Source of the DNA: Waterburya sp. | GTDB taxonomy: Bacteria > Cyanobacteriota > Cyanobacteriia > Cyanobacteriales > Xenococcaceae | Assembly (NCBI GenBank): GCA_965217895.1 | Contig: CBDCJV010000002.1 | Location: 2,464,001-2,528,000 of the forward strand | DNA: 64,000 nt | Direction of reading: 5' to 3' | Shown: in pieces, positions 10,501 to 19,791 of the stretch | Position numbering within the stretch: the first letter of the stretch is position 1 | How the letters are laid out: each line of letters begins with the position of its first letter | Made by a program: the position numbers and the translations under genes | Notes under the pieces: generated by a model | Seen by the model: the letters and a program-made list of their open reading frames with translations, nothing else | The model's database searches: none | What the model was told of the DNA's origin: nothing

Positions 10501-10730
10501 CTACTGCATGGGATATGATTGGGGAAGATAATAAAGCCTTAACTGCTTTAGATCGCGCCCTAGAAGTTCAACCGCAAAATGTTGATGCTTGGAGTCAAAA
10601 AGGTTTGATTTACACCAAGAATGCTCAATACAATGAAGCCTGTCAGACCTATCGGCAATCTCGTTCAGCCATTCCTAATTCCCAAACAATCCTTGATTCT
10701 ATGAGAACTTTGGGCTGTCGAATTCAATAG
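7599..10730 (+). CDS. Tandem Ser/Thr kinase-like domains + TM helix + TPR array
   Basis: Two Hanks-type domains (HPQIP/HEQIP, APEQ/SPEQ, SDLYAL), a hydrophobic segment LPALIGLLGLICLLG, and many C-terminal TPRs. Confidence 0.9.
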   Translation: MSTPDRYLLNSAFEVTNSEKKMHVPGSIIGNRYQIIQKLGREEIRKTYLAKDLQATGDARCAVEQLSPVCNETNWQLIKQHLIKEVEVLKRLGDHPQIPQFYNYFSEDRQFYLIREYIDGDNLEQEVERKLLDEAEVIHLMQDALRILDFVHKTNVIHGDVKPIHLVRRKRDNNFVLINFGAIRELESTALNFQGEVISSKSLGNWAYIAPEQQSGESNFSSDLYALAQTAIYALTGKSPQELEQANITWSSQCQISSKLEAILSKMTLFKIEERYLSALEVLQDLRPLLRLKQVVGGRYAITNYLGGKKRIETYLADNLRRQYQSPCLIKQIELPNVQGDGETKIEKRFAEELSILERLGYHEQIPQLRDHFTENDEFYLVQEYIPGENLAQKIEQQALSTAQIINILISTLGVLHFIHQNRIIHRNIRPSNLLICPADQQVVITDFGTLADIATLPNATLDPSQSQDKQNYCSPEQIAGRPTISSDLYALGMTAIEALTKTKPGRFSRDRQTGKLLWQENLVVDRRFAKIIDKMVCLDLGQRYQSASKILDDLQKIKSVSKLATRKPLQQKKRKAAGHRQSQFKLPVLPALIGLLGLICLLGSIEFAFPTVRPIYYWYQGKKLLSKKPQAALNNFTKAIDLKPSSFLAWSGRGDALSNLGRYPQALGAYSEAIKLSKANFKIWKKQGDSYYQLEQFTKAIAAYNRALELEQNDAELYNHKGKALYELQNYDAALTMQDSAIALDESNAEFLSDRAKNLLALNKYDDALTVFNRVQAIKPLDVELWQDKPLVLAALNRPQEAKQVYQEIIANYQKLLQKPPQDAQIWLTQAEFFTNSQMYQKALNSFEQAIKLKPDFYQAWLGKGKVLAELDRPQEALTALDKALQIQSESYLAWQAKGQVYQNQQNLALAIASYNQAISLNPSYAPLWRDRGLAFNQQQNYTKGIESLTKASKIAPQDQATWVGLATAWDMIGEDNKALTALDRALEVQPQNVDAWSQKGLIYTKNAQYNEACQTYRQSRSAIPNSQTILDSMRTLGCRIQ

Positions 10731-10913
10731 CGCAAAACGAATCATAATAAATGGCGAGTAAAAATAGTAGTTCATCTTTTGAGATCGTTATTAATAATTT
10801 TTAAAAATAAATATAATTAATAAATAGAAACAAATCAGGTAAGCATAATAGCTGCTTGGTTATCTAGTAATTCACAATTTTTTATACATAATGTGTAGGC
10901 AGTAATTGGTATA

Positions 10914-11711
10914 ATGAGACATAAAGCTATGAGCAAACTATTGGTCCGTTGGTGTACAGCTTTAGGAATAGCAGGAAGTGCTTTCCTAGGTTCGGCAATA
11001 GCAGGTAATATGGCAGCATTAGCTTTACCTGAAGAGGAAGTATTGCAAAAATTAAATCCTGTTCCCGTATTTACAATAGCTGATGAACAGGGCGCGCCTT
11101 TAGTCGCATCAGGTGAAGGTAAAGACAAAGGTAAAGTAGCAGGGGTTTTTATCAGCCAAAATGATGCTAATCAGTTTGTTAACCAGTTAAAAACAAAGAA
11201 CCCAGAATTAGCAAGTAAGGTCAAAGTAGTTCCTGTCTCATTAGGGGAAGTACACAAATTAGCTCAATCTTCTCAAAGCCAACAAAATGCTCTAGAATTT
11301 CATTACGTTCCTCAAGAGGCAGCAGTTAATTCGGCTAAAACTATTGGCGAAGCTAATAAACAGCCATATCAGGGTGGAGTTCCCTTATTTGTAGCTAAAG
11401 GTGGAAAGGACAAGGGTTATTTAACCATTGAAAAAGACTCTCAACAGGTAATTCCTTTCTTCTTTGATAAACAACAGCTAGAAGACATGATTGCCAAGTT
11501 TAAACAGCAAAAGCCTGATGTAGCTTCTAGCGTAGATATTGAGGTTGTTCCCTTAGAAGGAGTGATTCAAACATTAGAAACTAGTGAAGACAAAATGTTA
11601 GAGAAAATTGTTTTAGTTCCTTCTGCTGAATCAATTAAGTTTCTCCAAAATGCGTCTGTGCAACCTGCACCTGGCGCAGCACCTGCTCCTGAGGCAGCAC
11701 CCGCAAAATAA
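10914..11711 (+). CDS. tic22: Tic22-family periplasmic chaperone
   Basis: Signal peptide, KLNPVPVFTIADEQGAPL, GVPLF, IPFFF. Confidence 0.85.
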   Translation: MRHKAMSKLLVRWCTALGIAGSAFLGSAIAGNMAALALPEEEVLQKLNPVPVFTIADEQGAPLVASGEGKDKGKVAGVFISQNDANQFVNQLKTKNPELASKVKVVPVSLGEVHKLAQSSQSQQNALEFHYVPQEAAVNSAKTIGEANKQPYQGGVPLFVAKGGKDKGYLTIEKDSQQVIPFFFDKQQLEDMIAKFKQQKPDVASSVDIEVVPLEGVIQTLETSEDKMLEKIVLVPSAESIKFLQNASVQPAPGAAPAPEAAPAK

Positions 11712-11717
11712 TCAAAA

Positions 11718-12605
11718 TTGAATCTTATTGCTGGCGAAAAATTATATTATTGGTATCAACAGGCGAAAAAAACGGCGATCGCCTGCAAGATTGACCCAAG
11801 TGAGGTTGATTGGCTATTACAAACACTTACTAGTTTAAGCAGTCTCTCTCTTCGCTTAGGTTCTTGGCAAAATCAAGCAGAAATTGAAAGCACTAAATCC
11901 TTATCAGAGCTAAAGCAGCTTTGGCAGCAGCGTCTTCAAGAAAATCTACCAGTTCAATATCTGGCAGAAACTGTTTTTTGGAGACGTTTTCAATTAAAAG
12001 TTACCCCTGCCGTTTTAATTCCTCGTCCTGAAACTGAATTAATTATCGATCTTGCTGCTGAAGCAGCCAAATCCAATCAGCATTTTTCGGCAACACATTG
12101 GGTAGATTTAGGAACAGGTAGTGGTGCGATCGCTTTTGGACTAGCAGATATTTTTCCTCAGGCAACTATTCATGCTGTAGATTTAAGCCAGGATGCTTTA
12201 AATATCGCTCAGGAGAATGCAGGTAATTTAAAGTTAGCAAATATTAATTTTTATCATGGTAGCTGGTGGAGTCCTTTGAAGTTTCTCAAAGGTCAAGTTC
12301 AAGGAATGGTTTCCAACCCACCTTATATTCCCACAGATCAATTGTCTCAATTACAAATAGAAGTTGCTAAACACGAGCCTCAGTTAGCTCTTGACGGCGG
12401 TAAAGATGGTTTAGATGATATTCGTCATTTAATCACAACTGCCCCCGAATATTTGGTTTCTGGGGGGGCTTGGTTAATTGAAATTATGCTTGGTCAATCG
12501 GATCTAGTTGTTGAACTTCTAAAACGACAGGGAGAATATTATGATATTAAAATATTTGCCGATCTTAATGGCATTGAGCGTTTTGCCTTGGCATATCGAC
12601 GGTGA
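11718..12605 (+). CDS. prmC: Release factor N5-glutamine methyltransferase
   Basis: VLIPRPETE, DLGTGSGAIA, SNPPY, HEPQLALDGG. Confidence 0.95.
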   Translation: MNLIAGEKLYYWYQQAKKTAIACKIDPSEVDWLLQTLTSLSSLSLRLGSWQNQAEIESTKSLSELKQLWQQRLQENLPVQYLAETVFWRRFQLKVTPAVLIPRPETELIIDLAAEAAKSNQHFSATHWVDLGTGSGAIAFGLADIFPQATIHAVDLSQDALNIAQENAGNLKLANINFYHGSWWSPLKFLKGQVQGMVSNPPYIPTDQLSQLQIEVAKHEPQLALDGGKDGLDDIRHLITTAPEYLVSGGAWLIEIMLGQSDLVVELLKRQGEYYDIKIFADLNGIERFALAYRR

Positions 12606-12618
12606 ATAAGTAATCAGT

Positions 12619-12645
12619 TAGGGGCGAACGGCCGTTCGCCCGTAC
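12619..12645. repeat. REP-like palindrome TAGGGGCGAACGGCCGTTCGCCCGTAC
   Basis: Perfect 20-bp core GGGCGAACGG/CCGTTCGCCC between prmC and tsaC. Confidence 0.75.
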
Positions 12646-12664
12646 ACTAGTAGTCAATAATGTA

Positions 12665-13264
12665 ATGGTTAGGGTTTCTCAAACGGAATTAATTAAAGGA
12701 GCGATCGCGGGTCAAGCCGTTAGTTTTCCTACGGATACAGTACCTGCATTAGCAAGCAAGCCAGAGCAAGCTAAGCTTATTTTTCAACTCAAGCAACGTC
12801 CTGATTCTAAACCGTTGATTTTGATGGGCGCATCGATCGCTGAGTTATTGAGCTATACGGTTTATACTTCTGAAGAGTTAACAGTTTGGCAACAGTTAAT
12901 CGAGCGATATTTGCCTGGAGCGTTAACTCTGATTTTGCCCGCATCACCTAAAGTACCTAAGATAATTAACCCAACCAATTCCAAGACAGTTGGCATTCGG
13001 ATTCCTAACCATCCTATAGCTCTAGAAATATTAAAACAAACTGGTGTTTTAGCTACTAGTAGTGCTAATCTTTCTGGAAAAGATGCTTTAACTACAACCA
13101 AAGCCATAAATCAAGAGTTTCCCAATGTTTTGGTCTTAGACGATGCTGATTTAAACTCAAAAACCAAAATAGCTAGTGGACTCCCTTCGACAATAGTTTG
13201 TTGGCAAGATCTCAAATGGAAAGTCTTACGTCAGGGAAGCGTGACTATTGAATCCTTGAATTGA
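12665..13264 (+). CDS. tsaC: L-threonylcarbamoyladenylate synthase (YrdC/Sua5)
   Basis: FPTDTV, KQRP..KPL, PGALTLIL, VGIRIP, ATSSANLSG, PSTIV. Confidence 0.9.
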   Translation: MVRVSQTELIKGAIAGQAVSFPTDTVPALASKPEQAKLIFQLKQRPDSKPLILMGASIAELLSYTVYTSEELTVWQQLIERYLPGALTLILPASPKVPKIINPTNSKTVGIRIPNHPIALEILKQTGVLATSSANLSGKDALTTTKAINQEFPNVLVLDDADLNSKTKIASGLPSTIVCWQDLKWKVLRQGSVTIESLN

Positions 13265-13407
13265 CACGTAATTCTCTTAAAAGGCCATGTTAAATTTACA
13301 AAAATATGTTGTGATAAACCATTAGCAGTTAAGATCTTTAGTAGACGTAAAATTGTCGATAATAGTGCATAATAGTCGGCTTGACTAAAGAATCCATCTT
13401 TTAAATT

Positions 13408-14193
13408 ATGAACGAAATTGATGAGCTAAAGGAAGAACTCAAACAGGCGCAGCTTGCTTATCAAATGGCAGCGCAAATGAGCCAATTTAAGGCGGGTTTT
13501 TTAGCTCGAACCTCCCATGAATTGCGATCGCCTCTAAGCAGCATGATTGGGTTACATCAGTTGATTCTCTCAGATCTTTGCGAAAGCCCAGAAGAACAAA
13601 AAGAATTTATTGCCCAAGCCTATCAATCTGCCTTAAAGTTGCTCAAATTAATCGATGAAATTGTAGCTGTATCCAAAACTGAATATGGCAGCAATCGATT
13701 AAACTTAGAATCTTTGCAGCTAGCAGAAATATTTAGCGAAATAGATCGCTTAACTCATCTTCAAGCAGCTAACCGCAATTTAAAATTAGAAATTGTTGCT
13801 CCCGATCCTACTACTACAGTATATGCAGATCGCGATCGCCTGATTCAGCTAATTTTTAACTTGATTGATAGTGGCATAGGTTTTATGAACAAAGGAAGAA
13901 TTAAATTATCAACAGCCGAGGTTACATCTGAGACGGTTGCTGTTGAAATAGATCTAGAATGTCCTATTGCTTTATGGCAAGAGCAAAAAAGCATTGAAGC
14001 AAATTTTGATAGCAGTGACTTAACAGAAATACGACAGTTTCTGCAAGAGATTAGCTTATCTGCAAATATGAAGCTGTTGCTATCTCAAACATTATTAGAA
14101 ACTATGGGGGGAAATTTAAAATTGCTAGATCTTTCTGGGCAAAATAATCGACAGCCATTGACTCGTATGGTTTTAAGCTGCAAGAAAGGCTAG
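13408..14193 (+). CDS. Histidine kinase-like protein (HisKA with degenerate ATPase domain)
   Basis: H-box FLARTSHELRSPL; N-box degenerate (NLIDSG); no DxGxG G1 box. Confidence 0.8.
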   Translation: MNEIDELKEELKQAQLAYQMAAQMSQFKAGFLARTSHELRSPLSSMIGLHQLILSDLCESPEEQKEFIAQAYQSALKLLKLIDEIVAVSKTEYGSNRLNLESLQLAEIFSEIDRLTHLQAANRNLKLEIVAPDPTTTVYADRDRLIQLIFNLIDSGIGFMNKGRIKLSTAEVTSETVAVEIDLECPIALWQEQKSIEANFDSSDLTEIRQFLQEISLSANMKLLLSQTLLETMGGNLKLLDLSGQNNRQPLTRMVLSCKKG

Positions 14194-14221
14194 AGATTTA
14201 GTTTTTAAGCATTTAATTTAA

Positions 14222-14277
14222 AAGGGAAAAGATTATTTAGCAAATTATAAACATTCAACTAATAATTCTTTTCCCTT
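14222..14277. terminator. Long inverted repeat downstream of the kinase gene, possible terminator
   Basis: AAGGGAAAAGATTATTTAG ... CTAATAATTCTTTTCCCTT. Confidence 0.45.
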
Positions 14278-14800
14278 ATCTAGTTGATAATTGTTCAAGG
14301 AGAAAGTGTTTTCTCAAAATAAAAAAACTAAATTTTTGATAATAGGTACTTAATATTGATGATTACTCTTTTTAGAGTATTCTTGTTCCCAGCATTTTCT
14401 AAACAAGGTAATTTGATATAAATACCAAAAATGCCTAACATTCCAAATAGAATACTTATGAAAAAGCTGCTGATTAAAATATTGCCAAATTAAATTAGTT
14501 GTAAGTTTTATTTTTCTGTTCATCGACACAAATTCCTTGATTAATAATTTAAATTGATTTTAAAGTCAAGAGATGGTGGTATTTCTCAAACTCGAAATAG
14601 CCAATAGCGTGACAAAGACAATACACTTGGAGTAAAGATCCGCGTCTTCTATGCTTAATCGGCTTGTTGAATCATCTTCCTATTATTAATTTGCCCAATT
14701 AAATAGCAATCTCCATGCTCACAAATGCCTAAAAATAATAACCTACATACTACAAATTAAGTATTGTTACCAATTGTCAAAAAGTAATTTTTCTGTATAG

Positions 14801-15160
14801 TTAAGTTAAACTTCGAGTGATGTCTAAAGTTATTTTGCCACCAAAATCAGGTATTGGTGCTGCGGGTTTAGAAAGTTTGACGCGAACCTGATTGACTTTC
14901 TCTAGGCTTAATAGCTCATCGGCGATCGCACTAATTAACTTCTCAACTAGATCAAACTTAGCGGTGGTAATTTGTGACTTGACTATGGCGATCGCTTCTC
15001 GATAGTCCACAGTATCTTTAATATCGTCGCTGTGACCGGCAGTAGCCAAATCTACCCAAAGAGTGAGATCCACCTCAAACCACTGCCCTAAAACTCTTTC
15101 TTCGGGTAAATAACCCACATAACCATAGGCACGAATACCATTTACTTGAATTGAATCCAT
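14801..15160 (-). CDS. folB: Dihydroneopterin aldolase
   Basis: GYVGYLPEERVLGQWFEVDL, DTVDY, FDLVE, KPAAPI. Confidence 0.95.
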   Translation of the reverse strand: MDSIQVNGIRAYGYVGYLPEERVLGQWFEVDLTLWVDLATAGHSDDIKDTVDYREAIAIVKSQITTAKFDLVEKLISAIADELLSLEKVNQVRVKLSKPAAPIPDFGGKITLDITRSLT

Positions 15161-15189
15161 TTTTGATTACTGATTACTAATTTTTAACT

Positions 15190-16338
15190 TCAATTCAGCA
15201 AAACCTCACTTATTTTTCCTGCTTCAACCGATAAGATTTGGGAGTCTTTGAGCCAATCATAATTAAAGCTATCAATATGGGTAGTGGTAATCATAGTTTG
15301 AAAGCGATCGCCAATTGCTTCTAAAAGTTGCTTTTGACGATTAGGATCGAGTTCGGCTAAGACATCATCCAAAAGCAGCAAAGGTGGTTCGCCAATGACT
15401 TCTTCAATTAGCTTTAATTCTGCTAACTTCAAAGCTAAAACCAAAGTACGCTGCTGTCCTTGAGAACCATAATAGCGAGCAGGTGTCTGATTAATTATAA
15501 AATCTATTTCATCGCGGTGTGTGCCTACAACCGTCTTGCCTTGGAACTGCTCTGCAACACGACGCAATTCAATTTTATGCAAAAAAGCCTGCTGTACTCT
15601 TTCAGGTTCATCTTCTGTCCATTTTACGTTAGGAAGATAGCCGATCTCTAGCCGTTCAGTCTCCCCACTGATCCATTGATGACAAGCTTGAGCAAGAGGT
15701 GCTAGTCGAGCGATTACCCTAGCGCGTCTACGAGCTACCCTTGAGCCTGCTGCTGCTAACTGTTTATCCCATAATCTAAGCTGAGGTTCATAAGCATCAA
15801 TAGATCCTGTTAACTCATCCTGTCTAATGGCACGCATTTTTTTGAGCAGAGCGTTACGCTGCCGTAATACCTGATTGTACTCTTGTAAGATGCTGGCATA
15901 TATTGGTTCAAGTTGAATCAATAAGCCGTCAATCCAGTTACGGCGAGTATCTGGCGCACCTCTAACTAAATCCAAATCCAGGCTAGAAAACTGTACTGCA
16001 TTAAGTACACCCAGAAAATCTAGCTGGCGACGTAAAGACTCTCGATTAAGAGCAACAGTTCGTCTCCCTTGTTTGCGAAAAATAATGCTTAGTTCACTAG
16101 TGCCATAAGCACGTTCTAGGGTAGCTTCAATTTGCCCAGCAGTGGCGGTATCCAAAACAAATTCGCGATCGCGACTGGTACGATGGCTCTTAAGACTGGC
16201 GAGTAATTCTACTGCTTCTAATAAATTAGATTTTCCCTGAGCATTATTGCCAACTAAAATAGTTTTTTTGGCAGTAAATTCTATCTGGCGATCGACATAA
16301 TTCCGAAATGAGCGCAGATGCAGTCTTTTTAAAAACAT
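15190..16338 (-). CDS. recF: DNA replication/repair protein RecF
   Basis: MFLKRLHLRSFRNY (ATG at 16338), Walker A GNNAQGKSN, YGSQGQQR, LLLDDVLAELD. Confidence 0.97.
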   Translation of the reverse strand: MFLKRLHLRSFRNYVDRQIEFTAKKTILVGNNAQGKSNLLEAVELLASLKSHRTSRDREFVLDTATAGQIEATLERAYGTSELSIIFRKQGRRTVALNRESLRRQLDFLGVLNAVQFSSLDLDLVRGAPDTRRNWIDGLLIQLEPIYASILQEYNQVLRQRNALLKKMRAIRQDELTGSIDAYEPQLRLWDKQLAAAGSRVARRRARVIARLAPLAQACHQWISGETERLEIGYLPNVKWTEDEPERVQQAFLHKIELRRVAEQFQGKTVVGTHRDEIDFIINQTPARYYGSQGQQRTLVLALKLAELKLIEEVIGEPPLLLLDDVLAELDPNRQKQLLEAIGDRFQTMITTTHIDSFNYDWLKDSQILSVEAGKISEVLLN

Positions 16339-16487
16339 TAGCTCCTTCCCCAAAGATAAAGATATTATCATCTTTATCCTTTTTATCCTTTAACGAGCCT
16401 GATGGTGATTGACTTATTGATGATATCCTGAATCAGCTTCTGATTTTAAAGGAGTGAATTGTTTAATTTGTGGGGAGTTTATTAACA

Positions 16488-17540
16488 ATGAATATTTCAA
16501 AACTAAATATTTGGCTAATCTTTATAGCCAATTTAGGATTGGCAACTATGACTGCTGATTCGACTATGGCAGAAGTAACAAAAAAGAGCGATCGCGCCGA
16601 GGAAAAAAATACTCAATTGTTGACACGCAACAAGACTTCAACTAAAGCGATCGACCTAATCATATTGCCAAATCAAAAGAACTCGATTGACTCCTCGTTA
16701 AAAAGCCAAATTGCCCAACGAGATTTAGTCAAATTTTGCCAAGACTATCCATACAATTCTCAATGTGCAGGCACTAGTCCATCTAATCCCAACTCACCAG
16801 GAGTAGAAACCATTCCTGTACCAGCACCACCTCCCACATCAGAAACAGAAACCAATGATAGTAACTCTAGTGGTCAAAAAACTGGTTGGGCGATCGTGCC
16901 AGAGATTAGTACCTTGGGTTTTGGCGGTAATATAGTCAGGAAAATAACTCCTGCACTTAACGCTAGGGTGGGAATTAATGCTTTTGGAGTTGGTATTAAT
17001 CTAAATGAATCACAGTTTGATTACGAAGGAGATTTAAATCTGTTTAATGTTTCTAGCATTGTTGATGTTCATCCTTTCAAAAGCTCTGGCTTTAGAATTA
17101 GTGCTGGTTTAATTTTCGGCAATAATAATATTCAAGGAACAGCAGATGTATCCGAGCAAGTTGCTGATGAAATAGGACAAGTTGAAGTGAATGGACAGAC
17201 AGTTGATATTAGAGATTTAAATATTAATGAATTAGCTACATTAGATGCAGATGTTGATATTAACAATAGTGTTTCTCCCTATGTGGGCATTGGCGGTGGC
17301 AATCCTGTAAGAGAAGGCAAAGGTTTGGGGTTTTGGTGGAATACAGGAGTAGTCTTTGGTGGTTCGCCTGATGTTACAGTCACTCCTAATATTTCTAATA
17401 ACGTTCCCGCAGAATTGAGAAATGAAGCCGAACAAGCTGCTAATACATTAATTGCAAATGAAGAACAAGAGATCGAAGATCAGCTAAACTTTATTAATAT
17501 CTATCCAGTTGTGTCTTTAGGAATTTCTTATCAGTTTTGA
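16488..17540 (+). CDS. Secreted/outer-membrane beta-barrel-like hypothetical protein
   Basis: Signal-like N-terminus, Pro/Ser linker, amphipathic beta-strands, C-terminal YPVVSLGISYQF ending in Phe. Start uncertain (16470 or 16488). Confidence 0.65.
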   Translation: MNISKLNIWLIFIANLGLATMTADSTMAEVTKKSDRAEEKNTQLLTRNKTSTKAIDLIILPNQKNSIDSSLKSQIAQRDLVKFCQDYPYNSQCAGTSPSNPNSPGVETIPVPAPPPTSETETNDSNSSGQKTGWAIVPEISTLGFGGNIVRKITPALNARVGINAFGVGINLNESQFDYEGDLNLFNVSSIVDVHPFKSSGFRISAGLIFGNNNIQGTADVSEQVADEIGQVEVNGQTVDIRDLNINELATLDADVDINNSVSPYVGIGGGNPVREGKGLGFWWNTGVVFGGSPDVTVTPNISNNVPAELRNEAEQAANTLIANEEQEIEDQLNFINIYPVVSLGISYQF

Positions 17541-17755
17541 GCTGTTTCTAGTGGATTATCTTTCGTTTAAATTTATTGGTTTTAAGCTTCAAGCTATTAG
17601 CTGTTTAAGTTGTATGGGCAGAATACTACTTTGACCATACAACGTATTAAATATTTTTCCATTACAAAAGTTTGCATCTTTTGTAATGCTCATGACTATT
17701 GTTTTAAGCTAAAAATCATTACCTATAACTGCAATCGATAAATTTTCTCTTATAT

Positions 17756-18946
17756 ATGACTGTTTCTCCTCACAAAAAAGCCAAGGCACTTAAGCCAGGT
17801 AGTCGTCGTCCAGCTAAAGAACTGTGTAGTGAATGTGGACTCTGCGATACATATTATGTTCATTATGTTAAAGAAGCCTGTGCTTTTCTCAATCAACAAA
17901 TTGCTGAATTAGAAACAGTTGCTCATGGACGTAGCCGTGACTTAGATAATGAGGATGAATGGTATTTTGGTGTTAGTCAAGAAATGATGGCTGCACGGAA
18001 CTCCGAACCGATTGAGGGAGCGCAATGGACGGGAATCGTCAGTGCGGTCGCCTGTGAAATGTTAGAACAGGGTATGGTTGAGGGGGTAGTTTGTGTACAA
18101 AACACCCCCGAAGATCGTTTTCAACCAATGCCAATAATTGCTCGAACTCCCCAAGAGGTTTTAGCAGCCAAGGTCAACAAACCCACCCTTTCTCCTAACC
18201 TAAATGTCTTAGAGCAAATCGAACAGTCGGGGATGAAACGTTTATTGGTCATTGGCGTAGGCTGTCAGATTCAGGCATTACGAGCCGTAGAAAAGGAATT
18301 AGGTCTAGAGAAACTCTATGTCTTGGGTACACCCTGCGTGGATAATGTCAGTCGTCAAGGGTTGCAGAAGTTTCTCGATACTACCAGTCGTTCTCCAGAA
18401 ACAGTAGTGCATTATGAATTTATGCAGGACTTTCGGATTCATTTTAAACATAAAGATGGCTCGATTGAAAAAGTCCCTTTCTTCGGATTGAAAACCAATC
18501 AGCTAAAAGATGTCTTTGCTCCTTCCTGTATGAGTTGCTTTGATTATGTCAACTCCTTGGCAGATTTGGTTGTGGGCTATATGGGTGCGCCTTTTGGTTG
18601 GCAATGGATTGTAGTTCGCAACGATACTGGTAAAGAAATGCTAAATCTAGTTGAAGATCGGCTAAATACTCAGCCTGTAATGTCTCAAGGCGATCGCACT
18701 TCTGCTGTACAGCAAAGTATTCCTGCTTATGATAAGGGAGTCACCTTGCCTATGTGGGCTGCAAAAATGATGGGAGTTGTCATCGAGCGTATTGGTCCTA
18801 AAGGATTAGAATATGCCCGTTTTTCGATTGATTCTCACTTTACTCGCAACTATATTTATCTTAAACGCAATTATCCTCACAAGTTGGAACAGCACGTGCC
18901 TGATTACGCTAAAAAAATTGTTGAGCAATATAAGTTGCCTGAATAA
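17756..18946 (+). CDS. bciB: Ferredoxin-dependent divinyl (proto)chlorophyllide 8-vinyl reductase (FrhB/FdhB-like)
   Basis: CSECGLC Fe-S motif, GAQWTGIV, GVGCQ, GTPCVDN, SCMSCFDY; recognised as the cyanobacterial BciB/CvrA type. Confidence 0.88.
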   Translation: MTVSPHKKAKALKPGSRRPAKELCSECGLCDTYYVHYVKEACAFLNQQIAELETVAHGRSRDLDNEDEWYFGVSQEMMAARNSEPIEGAQWTGIVSAVACEMLEQGMVEGVVCVQNTPEDRFQPMPIIARTPQEVLAAKVNKPTLSPNLNVLEQIEQSGMKRLLVIGVGCQIQALRAVEKELGLEKLYVLGTPCVDNVSRQGLQKFLDTTSRSPETVVHYEFMQDFRIHFKHKDGSIEKVPFFGLKTNQLKDVFAPSCMSCFDYVNSLADLVVGYMGAPFGWQWIVVRNDTGKEMLNLVEDRLNTQPVMSQGDRTSAVQQSIPAYDKGVTLPMWAAKMMGVVIERIGPKGLEYARFSIDSHFTRNYIYLKRNYPHKLEQHVPDYAKKIVEQYKLPE

Positions 18947-18970
18947 TATTCTGGTGAAGATAAATTCACT

Positions 18971-18998
18971 AGTAACGAGTAACGAGTAATGAGTAACG
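18971..18998. repeat. STRR heptamer (AGTAACG)x4
   Basis: agtaacg agtaacg agtaatg agtaacg. Confidence 0.9.
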
Positions 18999-19074
18999 AA
19001 AATAGATTGTAATATTTTGCTTACGCTTGTCTTACATTTAATTTCACCCACTCACTTAATTAAATTATCAACGG

Positions 19075-19413
19075 CTAAGACTGACATATATCTTCCCTGA
19101 TTTTAAGTTGATTAACGTTTTCTGGTTGTTTTTCAACACAAAAATCTTCAATTTCTTCGCTCAATTCTTCTAGCTCTTTACTAACTTCTACTATTTCTTT
19201 ATTTACTTCTTTAGCTTTACTGATATCTATTTCTTCTGTCATGTCGTTTAATCTTTCTTTAGAGATATCAATACACTTACTATCAAGGCGAACATAGGTT
19301 TCGTAAGGGCAGCCGTTTTCTGCCGTGACATATTGTTTGACAAATAAAGGTAGACATAAGGCTATTAAGGGTAAGGTAATTATGTAATTATGAACCCGTT
19401 CTTTTTTGGCCAT
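19075..19413 (-). CDS. Small hypothetical, probably secreted, protein with a coiled coil
   Basis: Hydrophobic N-terminal segment, Cys pairs, heptad-like EVNKEIVEVSKELEEL. Confidence 0.55.
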   Translation of the reverse strand: MAKKERVHNYIITLPLIALCLPLFVKQYVTAENGCPYETYVRLDSKCIDISKERLNDMTEEIDISKAKEVNKEIVEVSKELEELSEEIEDFCVEKQPENVNQLKIREDICQS

Positions 19414-19584
19414 ATCATCAACCCTAGCTGAATACTATTTATAGTTGTTTTCTTCTATAATTGTGGTTGATTTTAAGCTATTTTTACTTGACCTAGATCA
19501 CAATAAAATGTGATAAGTAGGCGGTTGCAATTAAATATAATCTAGAAAAGCGATCGCTGTAAATTTAAATGAAGGATAGATCTA

Positions 19585-19770
19585 ATATCAAGTTCGGATA
19601 ATTGCCTTAATACAATATGTATCCATGAAATAATTAAAACTAGGTCTAAAAAACTTGCTATCTGCACACGCTGGAGCGTGTCGCCATCGCGAAGCGATGT
19701 CGGCGTTCTCCAGAACGCGCTACTTGCTACTTTACCTACCTAAATTTAACTCTTCATCCGAACCTAATAT
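19585..19770. mobile_element. MITE with 15-bp TIRs, carrying a nested three-hairpin element
   Basis: ATATCAAGTTCGGAT ... ATCCGAACCTAATAT (13/15 inverted match). Confidence 0.7.
19666..19718 (+). repeat. Three-hairpin structured element, copy 1
   Basis: ACACGC-TGGA-GCGTGT CGC CATCGC-GAA-GCGATG TCG GCGTTC-TCCA-GAACGC. Confidence 0.85.
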
Positions 19771-19791
19771 AATTCTACGCTTGAAGTGAGC

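Noticed and set aside
14200..14800. 600-bp AT-rich gap with hydrophobic minus-strand fragments (FGNILISSFFISILFGMLG...)
   Set aside because: No start codon or recognisable family; could be a decayed membrane gene but cannot be supported.
18971..18998. Tandem repeats (also 35580, 63244) considered as CRISPR
   Set aside because: 7-bp STRRs without spacers; no cas genes and no 25-45-bp repeat-spacer array in the window.
19036..19536. Similar ~23-bp ends (TAAGT..G.GG.TG.AATTAAAT) flanking the 112-aa gene, considered as a gene-capturing transposon
   Set aside because: Only ~18/23 identical and, from recollection of this end type, oriented outward; more likely remnants of separate elements.
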